From the NCBI RefSeq assembly GCF_000010065.1, contig NC_006576.1, positions 2,250,001 to 2,282,000 of the forward strand: a stretch of 32,000 nt of DNA, in the 5' to 3' direction. The translations under genes were made by a program, and so were the position numbers. Positions 9,323 to 21,267 of the stretch are shown here, one piece after another (position 1 is the stretch's first letter; every line of letters begins with the position of its first letter). Under the pieces are notes generated by a model. The model did no database searches. It saw nothing but the letters and a program-made list of their open reading frames with translations, and was not told the DNA's origin. Source of the DNA: Synechococcus elongatus PCC 6301 (GTDB lineage: Bacteria; Cyanobacteriota; Cyanobacteriia; Synechococcales; Synechococcaceae).

Positions 9323-10699
9323 GTGCCACTCGACCTGCCTGCCTCAGCGCCTTGCTTGCCAAAGTCTTGGGTCAAGATGTCACTATGGGGCAATAGAGTT
9401 GACTGCTACGAGGTTGCGCGTTCCATGGTTGCTGCGCTGGCTGCTCCCCGGTTGAATGCCCCCCATTGGCAGCAACTTGAAAATGGACTAATCATTATTG
9501 CCGAACGCCTGCCGGTTCCTGCGGTGACCTTTGATCTCTGGGTCAAGGTGGGATCAGCTGTAGAACCTGACGCTGTTAACGGGGTGGCTCATTTCCTCGA
9601 ACACATGGTGTTCAAGGGCAGTCAGCGCCTCAAAGCCGGTGAGTTTGAGCAGCAGGTGGAAGCTCGGGGGGCGATCGCCAATGCTGCCACTAGCCAGGAT
9701 TACACCCACTTTTATTTCACCTGTGCGCCCAGTGACTTTACAGATCTCGTTTCGCTGCAAACCGATGTCGTGCTCAATCCCCTGCTTGCGGAAGCAGAAT
9801 TTGAGCGGGAACGGCGGGTTGTCCTAAAAGAAATTCGCCGTGCGGCGGATAATCCTCGGCGTCGAGCCTACTACCGCATGATTGAGGCTGCGTTTGAGCG
9901 GTTGCCCTATCGGCGGCCCGTGCTGGGCCCCTACGACACGATCGCCCAACTCCCGCTCACCGATTTGCAGGCCTTTCACCGCCAATGGTACGGCCCCAAT
10001 CAGCTAGTCGCAGTGGTGGTCGGGGATCTCCCGGAAGCGGAAATGATCGATGCAGTGCGAGCTGCGGTTGCCGATCATCCCCCTGTCACTGCTCAGCGAT
10101 CGCCCCTGTTGCCCGAGCCTGCCTTCAGTCAGCCCCAGCAGCAGATCTATCACGATGCTGATCTGCACCAAGCCCGGCTGTACCTAACTTGGCGGGTTCC
10201 TGGGCTCAGCCAACTCTCCCGGACTTATGCTCTCGATGCGATCGCGTCGATCTTGGCCAGTGGTCGCACCTCTCGGCTGGTTGCTCAGCTTCGAGAACAA
10301 CAGGGCTTGGTCAGTAATATTGTGGCGAGCAACTCCACCTATCGCGATCAGGGCCTCTTTGCAATCACAGCGCGGCTGCCGGTTGCCCATCTCGACACCG
10401 TCCGATCGCAGGTTCTTGCAGAGCTGCAATCCCTGCAGACTGAACCCGTGACCCCAGCAGAGTTGGAGCGGATTCGGCGGCAGGTCGTCAATCGTTTCAT
10501 CTTTGGCAATGAGCGCCCCAGCGATCGCGCCAGCTTGTATGGCTATTACGCTACGCTCCTCGGTAGCCTGGAACCGGCCTTCAATTACGTCGACGAAATC
10601 CACGCGCTCAGCGTTGATGATTTGCAGGCAGCGGTTCAGACTTACCTTGCTCCCGAAGCTTGCTCCACGATTCAGATTTTGCCAGGAGAGCATGGCTGA
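9323..10699 (+). CDS. M16-family zinc metallopeptidase
   Basis: Inverted zinc motif HFLEHMVFKGS with downstream REIRRAADNPRRRAYYRMIEAAF and the C-terminal M16 domain. The true start may be internal (9377 or 9425). Confidence 0.92.
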   Translation: MPLDLPASAPCLPKSWVKMSLWGNRVDCYEVARSMVAALAAPRLNAPHWQQLENGLIIIAERLPVPAVTFDLWVKVGSAVEPDAVNGVAHFLEHMVFKGSQRLKAGEFEQQVEARGAIANAATSQDYTHFYFTCAPSDFTDLVSLQTDVVLNPLLAEAEFERERRVVLKEIRRAADNPRRRAYYRMIEAAFERLPYRRPVLGPYDTIAQLPLTDLQAFHRQWYGPNQLVAVVVGDLPEAEMIDAVRAAVADHPPVTAQRSPLLPEPAFSQPQQQIYHDADLHQARLYLTWRVPGLSQLSRTYALDAIASILASGRTSRLVAQLREQQGLVSNIVASNSTYRDQGLFAITARLPVAHLDTVRSQVLAELQSLQTEPVTPAELERIRRQVVNRFIFGNERPSDRASLYGYYATLLGSLEPAFNYVDEIHALSVDDLQAAVQTYLAPEACSTIQILPGEHG

Positions 10700-11585
10700 A
10701 GCAGAGTCTCTTTGGAGCGCGATCGCGGCGGTGATTAATACTCAGCGCGATCGGCCAAGCCTAATTCAGCAGGCCCAACCCGTGGGTGGTGGCTGCATCA
10801 ACCGCAGCTATCGCCTGGTGCTGGAAGATGGGCAAGCTTGGTTTGTCAAACTCAATCAACGCGACTCTTTAGCGGCTTTTGCGGCGGAAGCAGAAGCCCT
10901 GACCGCGATCGCAGCCAGTCAAACAATCCGAGTGCCTCAGCCAATTGCTTGGGGAGAGACCAATCGCAGTGCCTACCTAGTGTTGGAATGGCTAGAGCTT
11001 GATCGCGGCCCCACAGATTGGCGACAGATGGGGGCCCAATTGGCGCAGTTGCATCGTCAGACTCGCTCACCTCAGGGTTTTGGCTGGCATCGCGACAATG
11101 TGATTGGCCAAACCCCACAAATCAACCCGTGGCAATGGGATTGGGGAGCATTCTGGCAAGTCCAGCGTATTCAGTTTCAACTGGATCTGGCTGCCCGTAA
11201 CGGCTACCGCTGGCCCCATGCCCAAGCACTGTGCGATCGCATTCCCGATCTTCTGGCCGATCATCAACCCAAGCCTGCATTGGTGCATGGCGATCTTTGG
11301 TCGGGAAATGCCAGCTTCCTGGCAGACGGCACGCCAGTCATCTTTGATCCGGCGACCTACTACGGCGATCGCGAAGTCGATCTAGCGATGACCGAACTAT
11401 TTGGGGGTTTCCCTCCAGCTTTTTACGAAGGCTACCGCCAGGTTTGGCCGCTGGATCCGGGCTATCGCAGCCGCCGCGATCTCTACAACCTCTATCACGT
11501 TCTCAATCACGTCAACTTGTTTGGCGGGGGCTATGTCCACCAGGCTCAACGACTGATCGATCGCCTTCTGGCAACGAACCGTTGA
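10692..11585 (+). CDS. Fructosamine kinase family protein
   Basis: GGGCINRSYRLVLEDGQAWFVKLN, LVLEWLEL, QLAQLHRQT..GFGWHRDNVIG, LVHGDLWSGN, VIFDPATYYGDREVDLAMTELFGG. ATG at 10692 overlaps the M16 stop by 8 bp. Confidence 0.93.
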   Translation: MAEAESLWSAIAAVINTQRDRPSLIQQAQPVGGGCINRSYRLVLEDGQAWFVKLNQRDSLAAFAAEAEALTAIAASQTIRVPQPIAWGETNRSAYLVLEWLELDRGPTDWRQMGAQLAQLHRQTRSPQGFGWHRDNVIGQTPQINPWQWDWGAFWQVQRIQFQLDLAARNGYRWPHAQALCDRIPDLLADHQPKPALVHGDLWSGNASFLADGTPVIFDPATYYGDREVDLAMTELFGGFPPAFYEGYRQVWPLDPGYRSRRDLYNLYHVLNHVNLFGGGYVHQAQRLIDRLLATNR

Positions 11586-11617
11586 TCGATGGTCGAGAAA
11601 AGCGGCCGCGATCGTAG

Positions 11618-12544
11618 CTAAAGAACCGTAGCTCGTAGCATTGCCACCGGCAGACTACAGAGTTTCCGCCAAGTCGGTACGTAGGCCCGCTTTCGGAAGA
11701 CGTCGTAGTTATTCTGCTCAATCACATCGAGAATTTCGCGATAGAGCATCAGGGAGGCCCAGACTGGCCAGCGAGCATCATGGCTGAGTTGACGAATGCC
11801 ACGCTCGGCTTGCTCAAAGTAATCACGAGCGCGATCAAGCTGGAACTGCATAAAGGCCCGCCAGCGATCGTCAATCACGCCATTGAACAAGTCTTGTTCG
11901 CTGTAGTTGAACTGCGCTAGCTCCTCTTGGGGGAGATAGATGCGGCCTCGACGGGCATCTTCACCGACATCGCGCAGAATATTGGTGAGCTGGTTGGCAA
12001 TGCCAAGTGCTAGCGCTTCTTGCGTTGGGTCGGGCGGAGTTGTCGGATCCCAAGGGGCACGACTATTGGTCGATTCAATGCCCATCACCGGCTGTGACAT
12101 CAGTCCCACAGTACCGGCGACACGGTAGCAGTAGGTGTAGAGATCCTCAAAAGTGGAATAGCGGTTTTGCAGCAGATCCATCCGCTGCCCTTCGATCATG
12201 TCGCGGAAGGGCTGGATATCGAGAGGATAGCGAGCCAAGGTATCCACCAAGGCAACATCGCAGTCGTCTTCGGGTTCCCCAGCAAACAGTCGTTCCAACC
12301 GCCGCTCCCAAGCATCCAGGGTCGCGAAGTTAGTCTGCGCTGCTTGAGGGCCATCGACTAGTTCATCGGTACGACGACACCAGACGTAGATGGCCCAGAT
12401 GGCCTGACGCTTGGCCTCGGGCATCAAAAGCGTCCCGAGGTAAAAGGTCTTAGCGTAGCGAGCGGTAATTTGTCGGCACTCCTCGTAGGCCTCCGACAGA
12501 GAGGCGAGCGCCCGTGAAGGCCGTGCCGGTATCATCTGCAGCAT
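11618..12544 (-). CDS. crtB: Phytoene synthase
   Basis: Reverse-strand translation: [36 protein letters not shown]...[12 protein letters not shown]...[31 protein letters not shown]. Strand confirmed from the nucleotides (stop CTA at 11618-11620). Confidence 0.96.
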   Translation of the reverse strand: MLQMIPARPSRALASLSEAYEECRQITARYAKTFYLGTLLMPEAKRQAIWAIYVWCRRTDELVDGPQAAQTNFATLDAWERRLERLFAGEPEDDCDVALVDTLARYPLDIQPFRDMIEGQRMDLLQNRYSTFEDLYTYCYRVAGTVGLMSQPVMGIESTNSRAPWDPTTPPDPTQEALALGIANQLTNILRDVGEDARRGRIYLPQEELAQFNYSEQDLFNGVIDDRWRAFMQFQLDRARDYFEQAERGIRQLSHDARWPVWASLMLYREILDVIEQNNYDVFRKRAYVPTWRKLCSLPVAMLRATVL

Positions 12545-12624
12545 CAGACAGACGGTGCGAGTCGGGGGTGAGAGGGTGACCAGTGAAGCTTCAGAGCTAG
12601 CAACTGCAACATGGGTAACAGTGT

Positions 12625-14082
<1,458 letters not shown>

Positions 14083-14198
14083 TTAGTATACGTTGCATTC
14101 TGTAACAATTCTGATTCGCGATCGCGCTGTCAACACTGATCAAAGTGCGATCGCTCCGTAATAATGATGGAGACGTTTCAGCGGTCCGTCTGCGAGTC

Positions 14199-14531
14199 AT
14201 GCTTCTAAAATCTACGACCCGCCATATCCGCATCTTCACGGCCGAGATCGAAGGCAACGAACTCCAACCCAGCGACACGGTGTTGACGCTGGATGTCGAT
14301 CCTGACAACGAGTTCAACTGGAACGAGGAAGCGCTGCAAAAGGTCTATCGTCAGTTTGATGACCTCGTAGAATCCTACGCGGGGCAAGAGCTGAGTGAGT
14401 ACAATCTGCGTCGTATCGGCTCGGAACTAGAAGTCTTGCTGCGGCAGATGTTGCAGGCTGGAGAAATTTCTTACAACCTCAACTGCCGCGTGCTGAACTA
14501 CAGCATGGGCGTGCCGCAAGCCGTTGTCTAA
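14199..14531 (+). CDS. ndhM: NAD(P)H-quinone oxidoreductase subunit M
   Basis: [106 protein letters not shown], a characteristic NdhM sequence. Confidence 0.95.
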   Translation: MLLKSTTRHIRIFTAEIEGNELQPSDTVLTLDVDPDNEFNWNEEALQKVYRQFDDLVESYAGQELSEYNLRRIGSELEVLLRQMLQAGEISYNLNCRVLNYSMGVPQAVV

Positions 14532-15139
14532 TGCAGGCGTTGAGTCTACGGACTCACCTCGCAGGGCAACTGACGGCTGCTACCTCTGGAGCGCCGCGTC
14601 TCTATCGCGATCGCGGTGCGCAAGGTCTGGTCTACAAAGTTGCAAAGACTGGAGACTGGCAATCGCCGTCCGAATCACCTTGGCCTTGGCTGATGCAGGG
14701 TCGAGGTTTTGTTTTACCTGAGGCTGAGCTTTGGCAGTGGCTTCAAAAGCGATCGCAGCCTTGGCCTGTTGTGGTTGAACCATTACCGGCAGCTTGTCCA
14801 GTCTGGCCACTGCAACTGACCCATGCTCGCTGCTGGCAGCGGTGCGACACGATCGCAGCTGTCAATCCGCGGTGGTCGACTGAATCACCAGAGGCGATCG
14901 CCCCGGCCCTGTGGCCAGTCACAGCCTGCTTAATCGACTTGGCTGATGCCTGGCAAGGTCCGACTAAGCCAGTCCTGACCATTGCCCGCGAGCACCTCCT
15001 ACCCGCTCTTGATCAACTCGATCGACGGCCCATTCCGACTGTGCCTCGAGTTGCAACAACTGAGCTGTATCACGCTGCCGCCGCTGCTCTGGCTGCTTGT
15101 CTACATCGCTGGGGGCAACCCGCGTCTCGTTGGCTCTAA
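14531..15139 (+). CDS. Hypothetical protein, translationally coupled to ndhM
   Basis: 202-aa ORF whose ATG overlaps the ndhM stop (TAATG); ends with a 4-bp overlap of the convergent rbcR stop region. Confidence 0.7.
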   Translation: MQALSLRTHLAGQLTAATSGAPRLYRDRGAQGLVYKVAKTGDWQSPSESPWPWLMQGRGFVLPEAELWQWLQKRSQPWPVVVEPLPAACPVWPLQLTHARCWQRCDTIAAVNPRWSTESPEAIAPALWPVTACLIDLADAWQGPTKPVLTIAREHLLPALDQLDRRPIPTVPRVATTELYHAAAAALAACLHRWGQPASRWL

Positions 15140-16125
15140 GCCACGGGCGATCGCTTTGGGATGAAGTCGTCGAGGCTGGCTTGCCCTTTCCAGAGCGGAC
15201 TGTTTTCAGTTGCGAAATCTGGCAAGATTTCCTGGCTGAAGGCCACAGCTGCTTTCGAGCGGTAGCGGTTGGGGTTGTAGATTACCGATAGGGTGCGTTG
15301 AACGCACAGATCATTGGTTTGGGCACGGTGCAAACTGCCCATCTCCAGTTCCTTCTCGATCGCGGAAACCGAGACGAAAGCTGCCCCTAGACCCGCTTGC
15401 ACCGCATTTTTAATTGCCTCGATCGAGTTGAGCTCCATCTCAATCCGCAGGCGACGGGTCTCAATGCCGCTGCGGCTGAGCACTTGGTCAATCACCTTGC
15501 GGATGGTTGATTGAGAATCAAGGGCAATGAACTGCAGCTTGTAGAGGTCTTCGCGCTGAATGCTGGCTTGTTGGGTCAACGGGTGCGACACCGGCAGGAT
15601 CAAGGCCAGCTCATCCTCAGCATAGGGAATCGTGACCAAGGAATCCTGCAGTTCCGTCGGCACTTCACCGCCAATAATCGCGAGGTCAATCTGACCATTG
15701 GCCACGCTCCAAGAGGTGCGGCGGGTGGAGTGGACGTGCAGTTGCACGGCAACGTCGGGGTAGCGCTGGCGAAAACGGCCGATCATGCGGGGCAAGAGAT
15801 AAGTGCCCGTGGTTTGGCTAGCACCAATGATCAACGTGCCGCCCTGTAAATATTGTAGGTCTTCGATCGCGCGACAAGTCTCAGCGCAGAGGCTGGGGAT
15901 GCGTTCGCCGTAGCTGAGCAGCAGATGTCCGGCTTCCGTCAGTTGGGCGCGGCGACCCCCGCGATCGAACAGCGGCACATTCAGCTGCCGTTCGAGGTTT
16001 TGCACCTGCAAGCTCACTGCCGGTTGCGACACGTAAAGGCTGTCAGCCGCACGCTTGAAGCTACCCTCAGCAGCGATCGCTCGCAAAATGCGTAATTGGT
16101 CCAGAGTGAAAGGCAAATCGGACAT
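15136..16125 (-). CDS. rbcR: LysR-family transcriptional regulator, RbcR type
   Basis: [73 protein letters not shown]...[22 protein letters not shown]. The ORF extends to 16164, but MSDLPFT at 16125 is the family-like start. Confidence 0.85.
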   Translation of the reverse strand: MSDLPFTLDQLRILRAIAAEGSFKRAADSLYVSQPAVSLQVQNLERQLNVPLFDRGGRRAQLTEAGHLLLSYGERIPSLCAETCRAIEDLQYLQGGTLIIGASQTTGTYLLPRMIGRFRQRYPDVAVQLHVHSTRRTSWSVANGQIDLAIIGGEVPTELQDSLVTIPYAEDELALILPVSHPLTQQASIQREDLYKLQFIALDSQSTIRKVIDQVLSRSGIETRRLRIEMELNSIEAIKNAVQAGLGAAFVSVSAIEKELEMGSLHRAQTNDLCVQRTLSVIYNPNRYRSKAAVAFSQEILPDFATENSPLWKGQASLDDFIPKRSPVA

Positions 16126-16293
16126 GAACGCTGTCCTGGCAAGAGTGGGATGCCGGGACTCCACGGCGATCGCGCCATGATCCCTGCCTTCATTAAATAC
16201 TTGTCCGGCTCTTCAACGCGTTGATGACTTACGAGGTAAGCCATAGGCGATCGCGTTAGACTCAAACGCTGGAATCTGTATTTCGGTCTGATC

Positions 16294-17017
16294 ATGCCCC
16301 TGTCTTGGTGGACACCCAGCCACACGATCATGCTGGCGTTGCTGCTGCTGTTTGCGATCGCCCATAGTGGCTTGGCTGCATTGCGACCTTGGGGCGAAAC
16401 CAAAATTGGGGCGCGGGGCTATCGCATCCTGTTTGCACTAGTCAGCCTGCCCTTGGCCGTCGTGACGATTAGCTACTTCATCCTCCATCGCTATGATGGT
16501 GCGCTGCTCTGGCAGCTGCAGGGGATCCCGTGGATTGCCCCGCTCGTTTGGGTGCTGACGGCGATCTCCTTTCTGCTGCTCTATCCAGCGACCTTTAACT
16601 TGCTGGAAATTGCTGCGATCGCCCAACCGCAAGTGCGCCTCTATGAAACTGGGATTACTCGTATTACCCGCCATCCCCAAACCTTTGGCCAAATTCTCTG
16701 GTGCCTCGCCCACAGTCTCTGGTTGGGCACCTCGTTCATGATGGTTGCCAGTGCCGGTTTGATTGCGCATCACCTGTTCAGCATCTGGCACGGGCGATCG
16801 CCGCTTACAAAAACGCTACGGCGAAGCCTTTGAGGCGCTCAAGTCACGCACCTCGATCATCCCCTTCCTCGCGATCGCTCAAGGGAAGCAAACCCTCGTC
16901 TGGAAGGAGTTTCTGCGACCGGCTTACCTCGGCGTGGCGATCGCAATTGGACTCTTCTGGTTCGCCCATCGCTGGATCCCACAGGCAACTGCTGCACTTG
17001 CTGAAATCGGCTGGTAG
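16294..17017 (+). pseudogene. NnrU-family membrane protein gene, split by a 1-nt frameshift
   Basis: Frame 1 (16294-16833) encodes an NnrU protein up to ...GLIAHHLFSIWHG. The same protein appears to continue in another frame as [60 protein letters not shown]..., ending at 17017. Removing one G from the GGG at about 16792-16794 would restore one ORF. Confidence 0.8.
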
Positions 17018-17050
17018 CATGATCCCCAAGGCAGAGAGGTTTCCCGACGT

Positions 17051-17386
17051 ATGCTTCCAGTCGTCACAGCGCAAACCTTCAGCGCTGAAGTACTCCAAGC
17101 AAAAGATCCTGTTCTGGTTTACTTCTGGGCTGCTTGGTGCGGGCCCTGTCGACTCTTAACTCCCTGCCTCGAACAATGGCATCAGACGGCTAGCCAAAAT
17201 CTACGGGTGGTCAGCATTAATGCCGATGAAAATTTCACCTTGGCCAATCGCTATCGACTAGCGACGTTGCCGACCCTGATCTGGTTTGCAGACGGTCGCA
17301 TTCGCGATCGCCTAGAAGGGATCAGCGATCGCGAAGCCCTGCAGACCTTCCTCAAGCGCTACCAACCTGTGGCAAATGCCGTCTAA
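17051..17386 (+). CDS. Thioredoxin-domain protein
   Basis: VLVYFWAAWCGPCRLLTPCLEQW... with TLPTLIWFADGR; WCGPC active site. Confidence 0.92.
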   Translation: MLPVVTAQTFSAEVLQAKDPVLVYFWAAWCGPCRLLTPCLEQWHQTASQNLRVVSINADENFTLANRYRLATLPTLIWFADGRIRDRLEGISDREALQTFLKRYQPVANAV

Positions 17387-17466
17387 AGTCTGCGTTGGCT
17401 GAGCAGCCGTGGCAAAATGGAGGCGATTTTGCGTGGTTCCGGCCACTGCTGCATTCCCGCCAAGGC

Positions 17467-19464
17467 ATGGAATTTCTCTACGATTACGCCTGGCTGATCC
17501 CAGTCCTTCCGCTACTAGCCGCCACTGGGGTTGGGCTGGGACTGATCACCGTTAACCAGGCCACCAACAAATTGCGTCAGCTCAATGCGGCGCTGATTAT
17601 GACTGCTCTCGGAGGGTCTGCCACCTTTGCCTTCGGGCTACTGGCAAGCCAACTCTCAGGCCACCCAACTTACACCCGCATGTTTGATTGGGCCTCGGCG
17701 GGTGATTTTCACCTCAGCATGGGCTACACGATCGATCCGCTGACCACAGTCATGCTGAGGGTCGTCACCACGGTGGCTCTGCTGGTGATGCTCTACACCG
17801 ATGGCTACATGGCCCACGATCGCGGCTATGTGCGTTTCTACGCCTACCTCAGTCTGTTCAGCTCCTCAATGCTGGGCCTGGTGATCAGCCCCAACTTGGT
17901 GCAGATCTACATCTTCTGGGAGCTGGTGGGCATGTGCTCCTACCTGCTGGTGGGCTTCTGGTACGACCGTAAAGCAGCGGCGGATGCCTGCCAAAAAGCC
18001 TTTGTCACCAACCGCGTTGGTGACTTTGGTCTGCTCCTAGGGATGCTGGGGCTCTACTGGGCCACTGGCAGCTTTGAATTCACAGAAATTGGCGATCGCC
18101 TCCAGAGCCTGATCAGCAGTGGGGCGCTGAGCGCCGGTCTGGCGACGCTCTTCGGCATCTTGGTCTTCCTAGGGCCGGTCGCGAAGTCAGCGCAATTCCC
18201 CCTCCATGTCTGGCTGCCGGACGCGATGGAAGGCCCGACCCCGATCTCGGCACTGATCCACGCGGCCACGATGGTTGCGGCTGGGGTCTTTTTGATTGCC
18301 CGCATGTATCCGGTGTTCGAGCAATTGCCGACGGTGATGGATGTCATCGCTTGGACTGGTGCCTTCACTGCCTTCTTGGGAGCCTCGATCGCTCTCACCC
18401 AAAACGACATCAAAAAGGGTCTGGCCTACTCGACCATTTCCCAGTTGGGCTACATGGTGATGGCGATGGGCGTTGGTGCCTATAGCGCTGGCCTGTTCCA
18501 CTTGGTCACCCACGCCTACTTCAAAGCGATGCTCTTCTTGGGCTCCGGCTCGGTGATTCACGGCATGGAAGCCGTGGTTGGCCACAATCCGGTGCTGGCG
18601 CAGGATATGCGTCTGATGGGCGGCTTGCGGAAATACATGCCAGTCACCGCCATCACCTTCCTCATCGGGAACCTTGCGATCGCGGGGATTCCTCCTTTTG
18701 CCGGCTTCTGGTCGAAGGATGAAATTCTGGGCGCGACTTTTGCCGCCAATCCGATTCTCTGGGGTGTGGGCTTTGCCACCGCTGGCCTGACGGCCTTCTA
18801 CATGTTCCGCATCTACTTCCTGACCTTTGAGGGATCGTTCCGGGGTGAAGATGCGACGATTCAAGCAAAACTGCTGGCGGAAGCGGGTGTGACTGCAGGC
18901 CATGGGCACGACGAACATCACGACCATGTGCCCCACGAATCGCCCTGGACGATGGCTTTGCCGCTGGCGATTCTAGCGGTGCCTTCCGCTCTGATCGGTC
19001 TACTGGGCATGCCTTGGAACAACCGTTTTGAGGCCTTTGTGAAAGCTCCCGGTGAAGCAGTTCACGCTGGTCATTTCGAGCTACAGGAATTCCTGACCCT
19101 GGGCGGGGCTTCGGTGGCGATCGCTCTGACTGGGATCACGATCGCGTTGCTGACCTATCGTCTAGGTCGGATCAATCCGGCTGCGATCGCAGAACGCTTC
19201 CAGCCGCTCTATCAGTTTTCGCGCAACAAGTGGTACCTCGATGATCTCAACGACGTCCTGTTCGTTCAGGGCAGTCGTCGCTTGGCACGGCAGGTGCTGG
19301 AAGTCGATTCCAAAGTGGTGGACGGCTTGGTCAATCTGACAGGTCTGGTCACCTTGGTCACCGGCGAAAGCCTCAAGTACTTCGAAAACGGTCGGGCTCA
19401 GTTCTATGCCCTGATTGTCTTTGGCGCAGTGCTTGGTCTGGTGGTGGCCTTCGGGGTGACCTAG
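17467..19464 (+). CDS. ndhF: NAD(P)H-quinone oxidoreductase subunit 5 (NdhF1-type)
   Basis: MEFLYDYAWLIPVLPLLAATGVGLGL..., YTDGYMAHDRGYVRFYAYLSLFSSSMLGLV, FWELVGMCSYLLVGFWYDR, FPLHVWLPDAMEGPTPISALIHAATMVAAG. Start ATG at 17467. Confidence 0.96.
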   Translation: MEFLYDYAWLIPVLPLLAATGVGLGLITVNQATNKLRQLNAALIMTALGGSATFAFGLLASQLSGHPTYTRMFDWASAGDFHLSMGYTIDPLTTVMLRVVTTVALLVMLYTDGYMAHDRGYVRFYAYLSLFSSSMLGLVISPNLVQIYIFWELVGMCSYLLVGFWYDRKAAADACQKAFVTNRVGDFGLLLGMLGLYWATGSFEFTEIGDRLQSLISSGALSAGLATLFGILVFLGPVAKSAQFPLHVWLPDAMEGPTPISALIHAATMVAAGVFLIARMYPVFEQLPTVMDVIAWTGAFTAFLGASIALTQNDIKKGLAYSTISQLGYMVMAMGVGAYSAGLFHLVTHAYFKAMLFLGSGSVIHGMEAVVGHNPVLAQDMRLMGGLRKYMPVTAITFLIGNLAIAGIPPFAGFWSKDEILGATFAANPILWGVGFATAGLTAFYMFRIYFLTFEGSFRGEDATIQAKLLAEAGVTAGHGHDEHHDHVPHESPWTMALPLAILAVPSALIGLLGMPWNNRFEAFVKAPGEAVHAGHFELQEFLTLGGASVAIALTGITIALLTYRLGRINPAAIAERFQPLYQFSRNKWYLDDLNDVLFVQGSRRLARQVLEVDSKVVDGLVNLTGLVTLVTGESLKYFENGRAQFYALIVFGAVLGLVVAFGVT

Positions 19465-19506
19465 TCGCGATCGCGCTGCTTCACTAGGCAACAAGACTAC
19501 AAATCG

Positions 19507-19537
19507 ACGGGGGTTGGGATCATCTAGCCCCCGTTTC
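19507..19537 (+). terminator. Terminator-like hairpin between ndhF and ndhD
   Basis: ACGGGGGTT-gggatcatct-AGCCCCCGT (9-bp stem with one G-U) followed by TTCTATT. Confidence 0.7.
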
Positions 19538-19633
19538 TATTGATTGCAAGATATTGAGCTTTCCTTAATACCTCCCAAGAGAGGAAAGAGAATTCTCTAC
19601 ACTGCAGGCAGAAACGCCCTACAGGAGCGGTTT

Positions 19634-21238
19634 ATGGAGATCGGGACGTTTCCCTGGCTCACCACAATCATTCTGTTGCCGATTGTGGCAGCGCTGTTCA
19701 TTCCCCTCCTGCCCGATCGCGATGGTAAGGGGACAACAATTCGCTGGTACTCCCTGATCGTCGGGCTGGTCGACTTTATTTTGCTGGTCGTCGCTTTTTG
19801 GACGAGCTACGACTTCAGCAATCCCGACCTGCAACTGGTCGAAAGCTATGCCTGGGTGCCGCAGATTGGCCTCAACTGGTCAGTGGGTGCCGATGGCCTG
19901 TCGATGCCATTGATTCTGTTGACCGGCTTCATCAGCACGCTGGCAATGCTGGCGGCTTGGCCCGTCACCTTCAAGACGCGCTTTTTCTACTTCCTAATGC
20001 TGGCCATGTACGGCGGCCAGATTCTTGTTTTTGCCGTGCAAGATTTGCTTGTCTTCTTCTTTGCCTGGGAACTCGAGCTGATTCCGGTCTACCTGTTGCT
20101 GGCAATCTGGGGCGGCAAACGCCGTCAGTATGCGGCGACTAAGTTCATCCTCTACACCGCCGGCAGCTCGCTATTCATCTTGGTCGCATCACTGGCCATG
20201 GCCTTTAGTGGCGATGTCATTTCCTTTGACTTCCAAACCTTGGCAGCGAAGGAATACGCGATCGGCTTCCAACTGCTCCTCTATGCCGGCTTTTTGATTG
20301 CCTACGGTGTCAAGCTGCCGATCGTGCCCCTGCACACCTGGCTACCGGATGCTCATGGTGAAGCAACCGCCCCAGTCCACATGCTGTTGGCTGGCATCCT
20401 GCTCAAGATGGGTGGCTATGCCCTGTTCCGCATGAATGCGGGGATGTTGCCGGAGGCTCACGCCCGCTTTGCGCCCATCCTCGTTTTGTTGGGGGTGGTC
20501 AACATTCTCTACGCAGCGCTGACCTCCTTTGCCCAGCGGAACCTCAAGCGAAAAATCGCCTATTCCTCGATCTCGCATATGGGCTTTGTGCTAATCGGTC
20601 TGGGCTCATTCACGCAGCTTGGATTAAGCGGATCAATGCTGCAGATGGTTTCCCACGGCCTGATTGGGGCTAGCCTTTTCTTCCTTGTTGGCGCGACTTA
20701 CGATCGCACCCACACTCTGATGCTGGATGAGATGGGCGGCGTCGGCCAGAAAATGCGCAAGATGTTCGCCATGTGGACGACCTGCGCCATGGCTTCCCTC
20801 GCCCTGCCCGGGATGAGTGGCTTTGTCGCTGAGCTGATGGTCTTCGTTGGCTTCGCCACCAGCGATGCCTACGGCCTCCCCTTCAAAGTCGTGGTGATCT
20901 CTCTCGCTGCGATCGGGGTGATTTTGACACCGATCTATCTGCTCTCGATGCTGCGGGAAATTTTCTTCGGCCCCGAGAACAAGACCCTGACGGAGCACGA
21001 GACCCTCGTGGATGCCGAGCCACGTGAGGTCTACATCATCGCCTGCTTGCTGGTGCCGATTATTGGCATTGGACTCTATCCCAAGTTGACCACCCAGGTC
21101 TACGACGCCACATTGGTGCAGCTAACCGAGCGTCTGCGATCGGCGGTGCCGGTGATTGCTCAGCAGGCTGAGGCCAGTCGTGATCGCCTTTCTCATTTCC
21201 CTGGCCAAGCCCATCGTCAGGCGCCGCCGTTGGGGTAA
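19634..21238 (+). CDS. ndhD: NAD(P)H-quinone oxidoreductase subunit 4 (NdhD1-type)
   Basis: [39 protein letters not shown]..., [81 protein letters not shown] at 19634 preceded by AGGAG. Confidence 0.96.
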   Translation: MEIGTFPWLTTIILLPIVAALFIPLLPDRDGKGTTIRWYSLIVGLVDFILLVVAFWTSYDFSNPDLQLVESYAWVPQIGLNWSVGADGLSMPLILLTGFISTLAMLAAWPVTFKTRFFYFLMLAMYGGQILVFAVQDLLVFFFAWELELIPVYLLLAIWGGKRRQYAATKFILYTAGSSLFILVASLAMAFSGDVISFDFQTLAAKEYAIGFQLLLYAGFLIAYGVKLPIVPLHTWLPDAHGEATAPVHMLLAGILLKMGGYALFRMNAGMLPEAHARFAPILVLLGVVNILYAALTSFAQRNLKRKIAYSSISHMGFVLIGLGSFTQLGLSGSMLQMVSHGLIGASLFFLVGATYDRTHTLMLDEMGGVGQKMRKMFAMWTTCAMASLALPGMSGFVAELMVFVGFATSDAYGLPFKVVVISLAAIGVILTPIYLLSMLREIFFGPENKTLTEHETLVDAEPREVYIIACLLVPIIGIGLYPKLTTQVYDATLVQLTERLRSAVPVIAQQAEASRDRLSHFPGQAHRQAPPLG

Positions 21239-21267
21239 TGTAGCTGCTGTCGCGTTTGGCTGTCTCT

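Noticed and set aside
10692-10699. 8-bp overlap between the M16 peptidase and fructosamine-kinase genes as evidence for a linked pathway
   Set aside because: Short overlaps are common in compact bacterial operons and do not by themselves imply a functional system.
11586-11617. Short convergent gap with GCGGCCGC near the kinase and crtB stops as a special site
   Set aside because: Simple restriction-site-like palindrome in a 32-bp gap, no T-tract or structured repeat that would support a function.
16701-17159. 152-aa plus-strand ORF across the nnrU-thioredoxin junction
   Set aside because: Third frame overlapping the nnrU C-terminal frame and the thioredoxin start; Ser/Arg-rich with no family resemblance.
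18187-18936. 249-aa reverse-strand ORF
   Set aside because: Lies fully antisense to the well-supported ndhF gene; the composition looks like a shadow frame of a GC-rich coding region.
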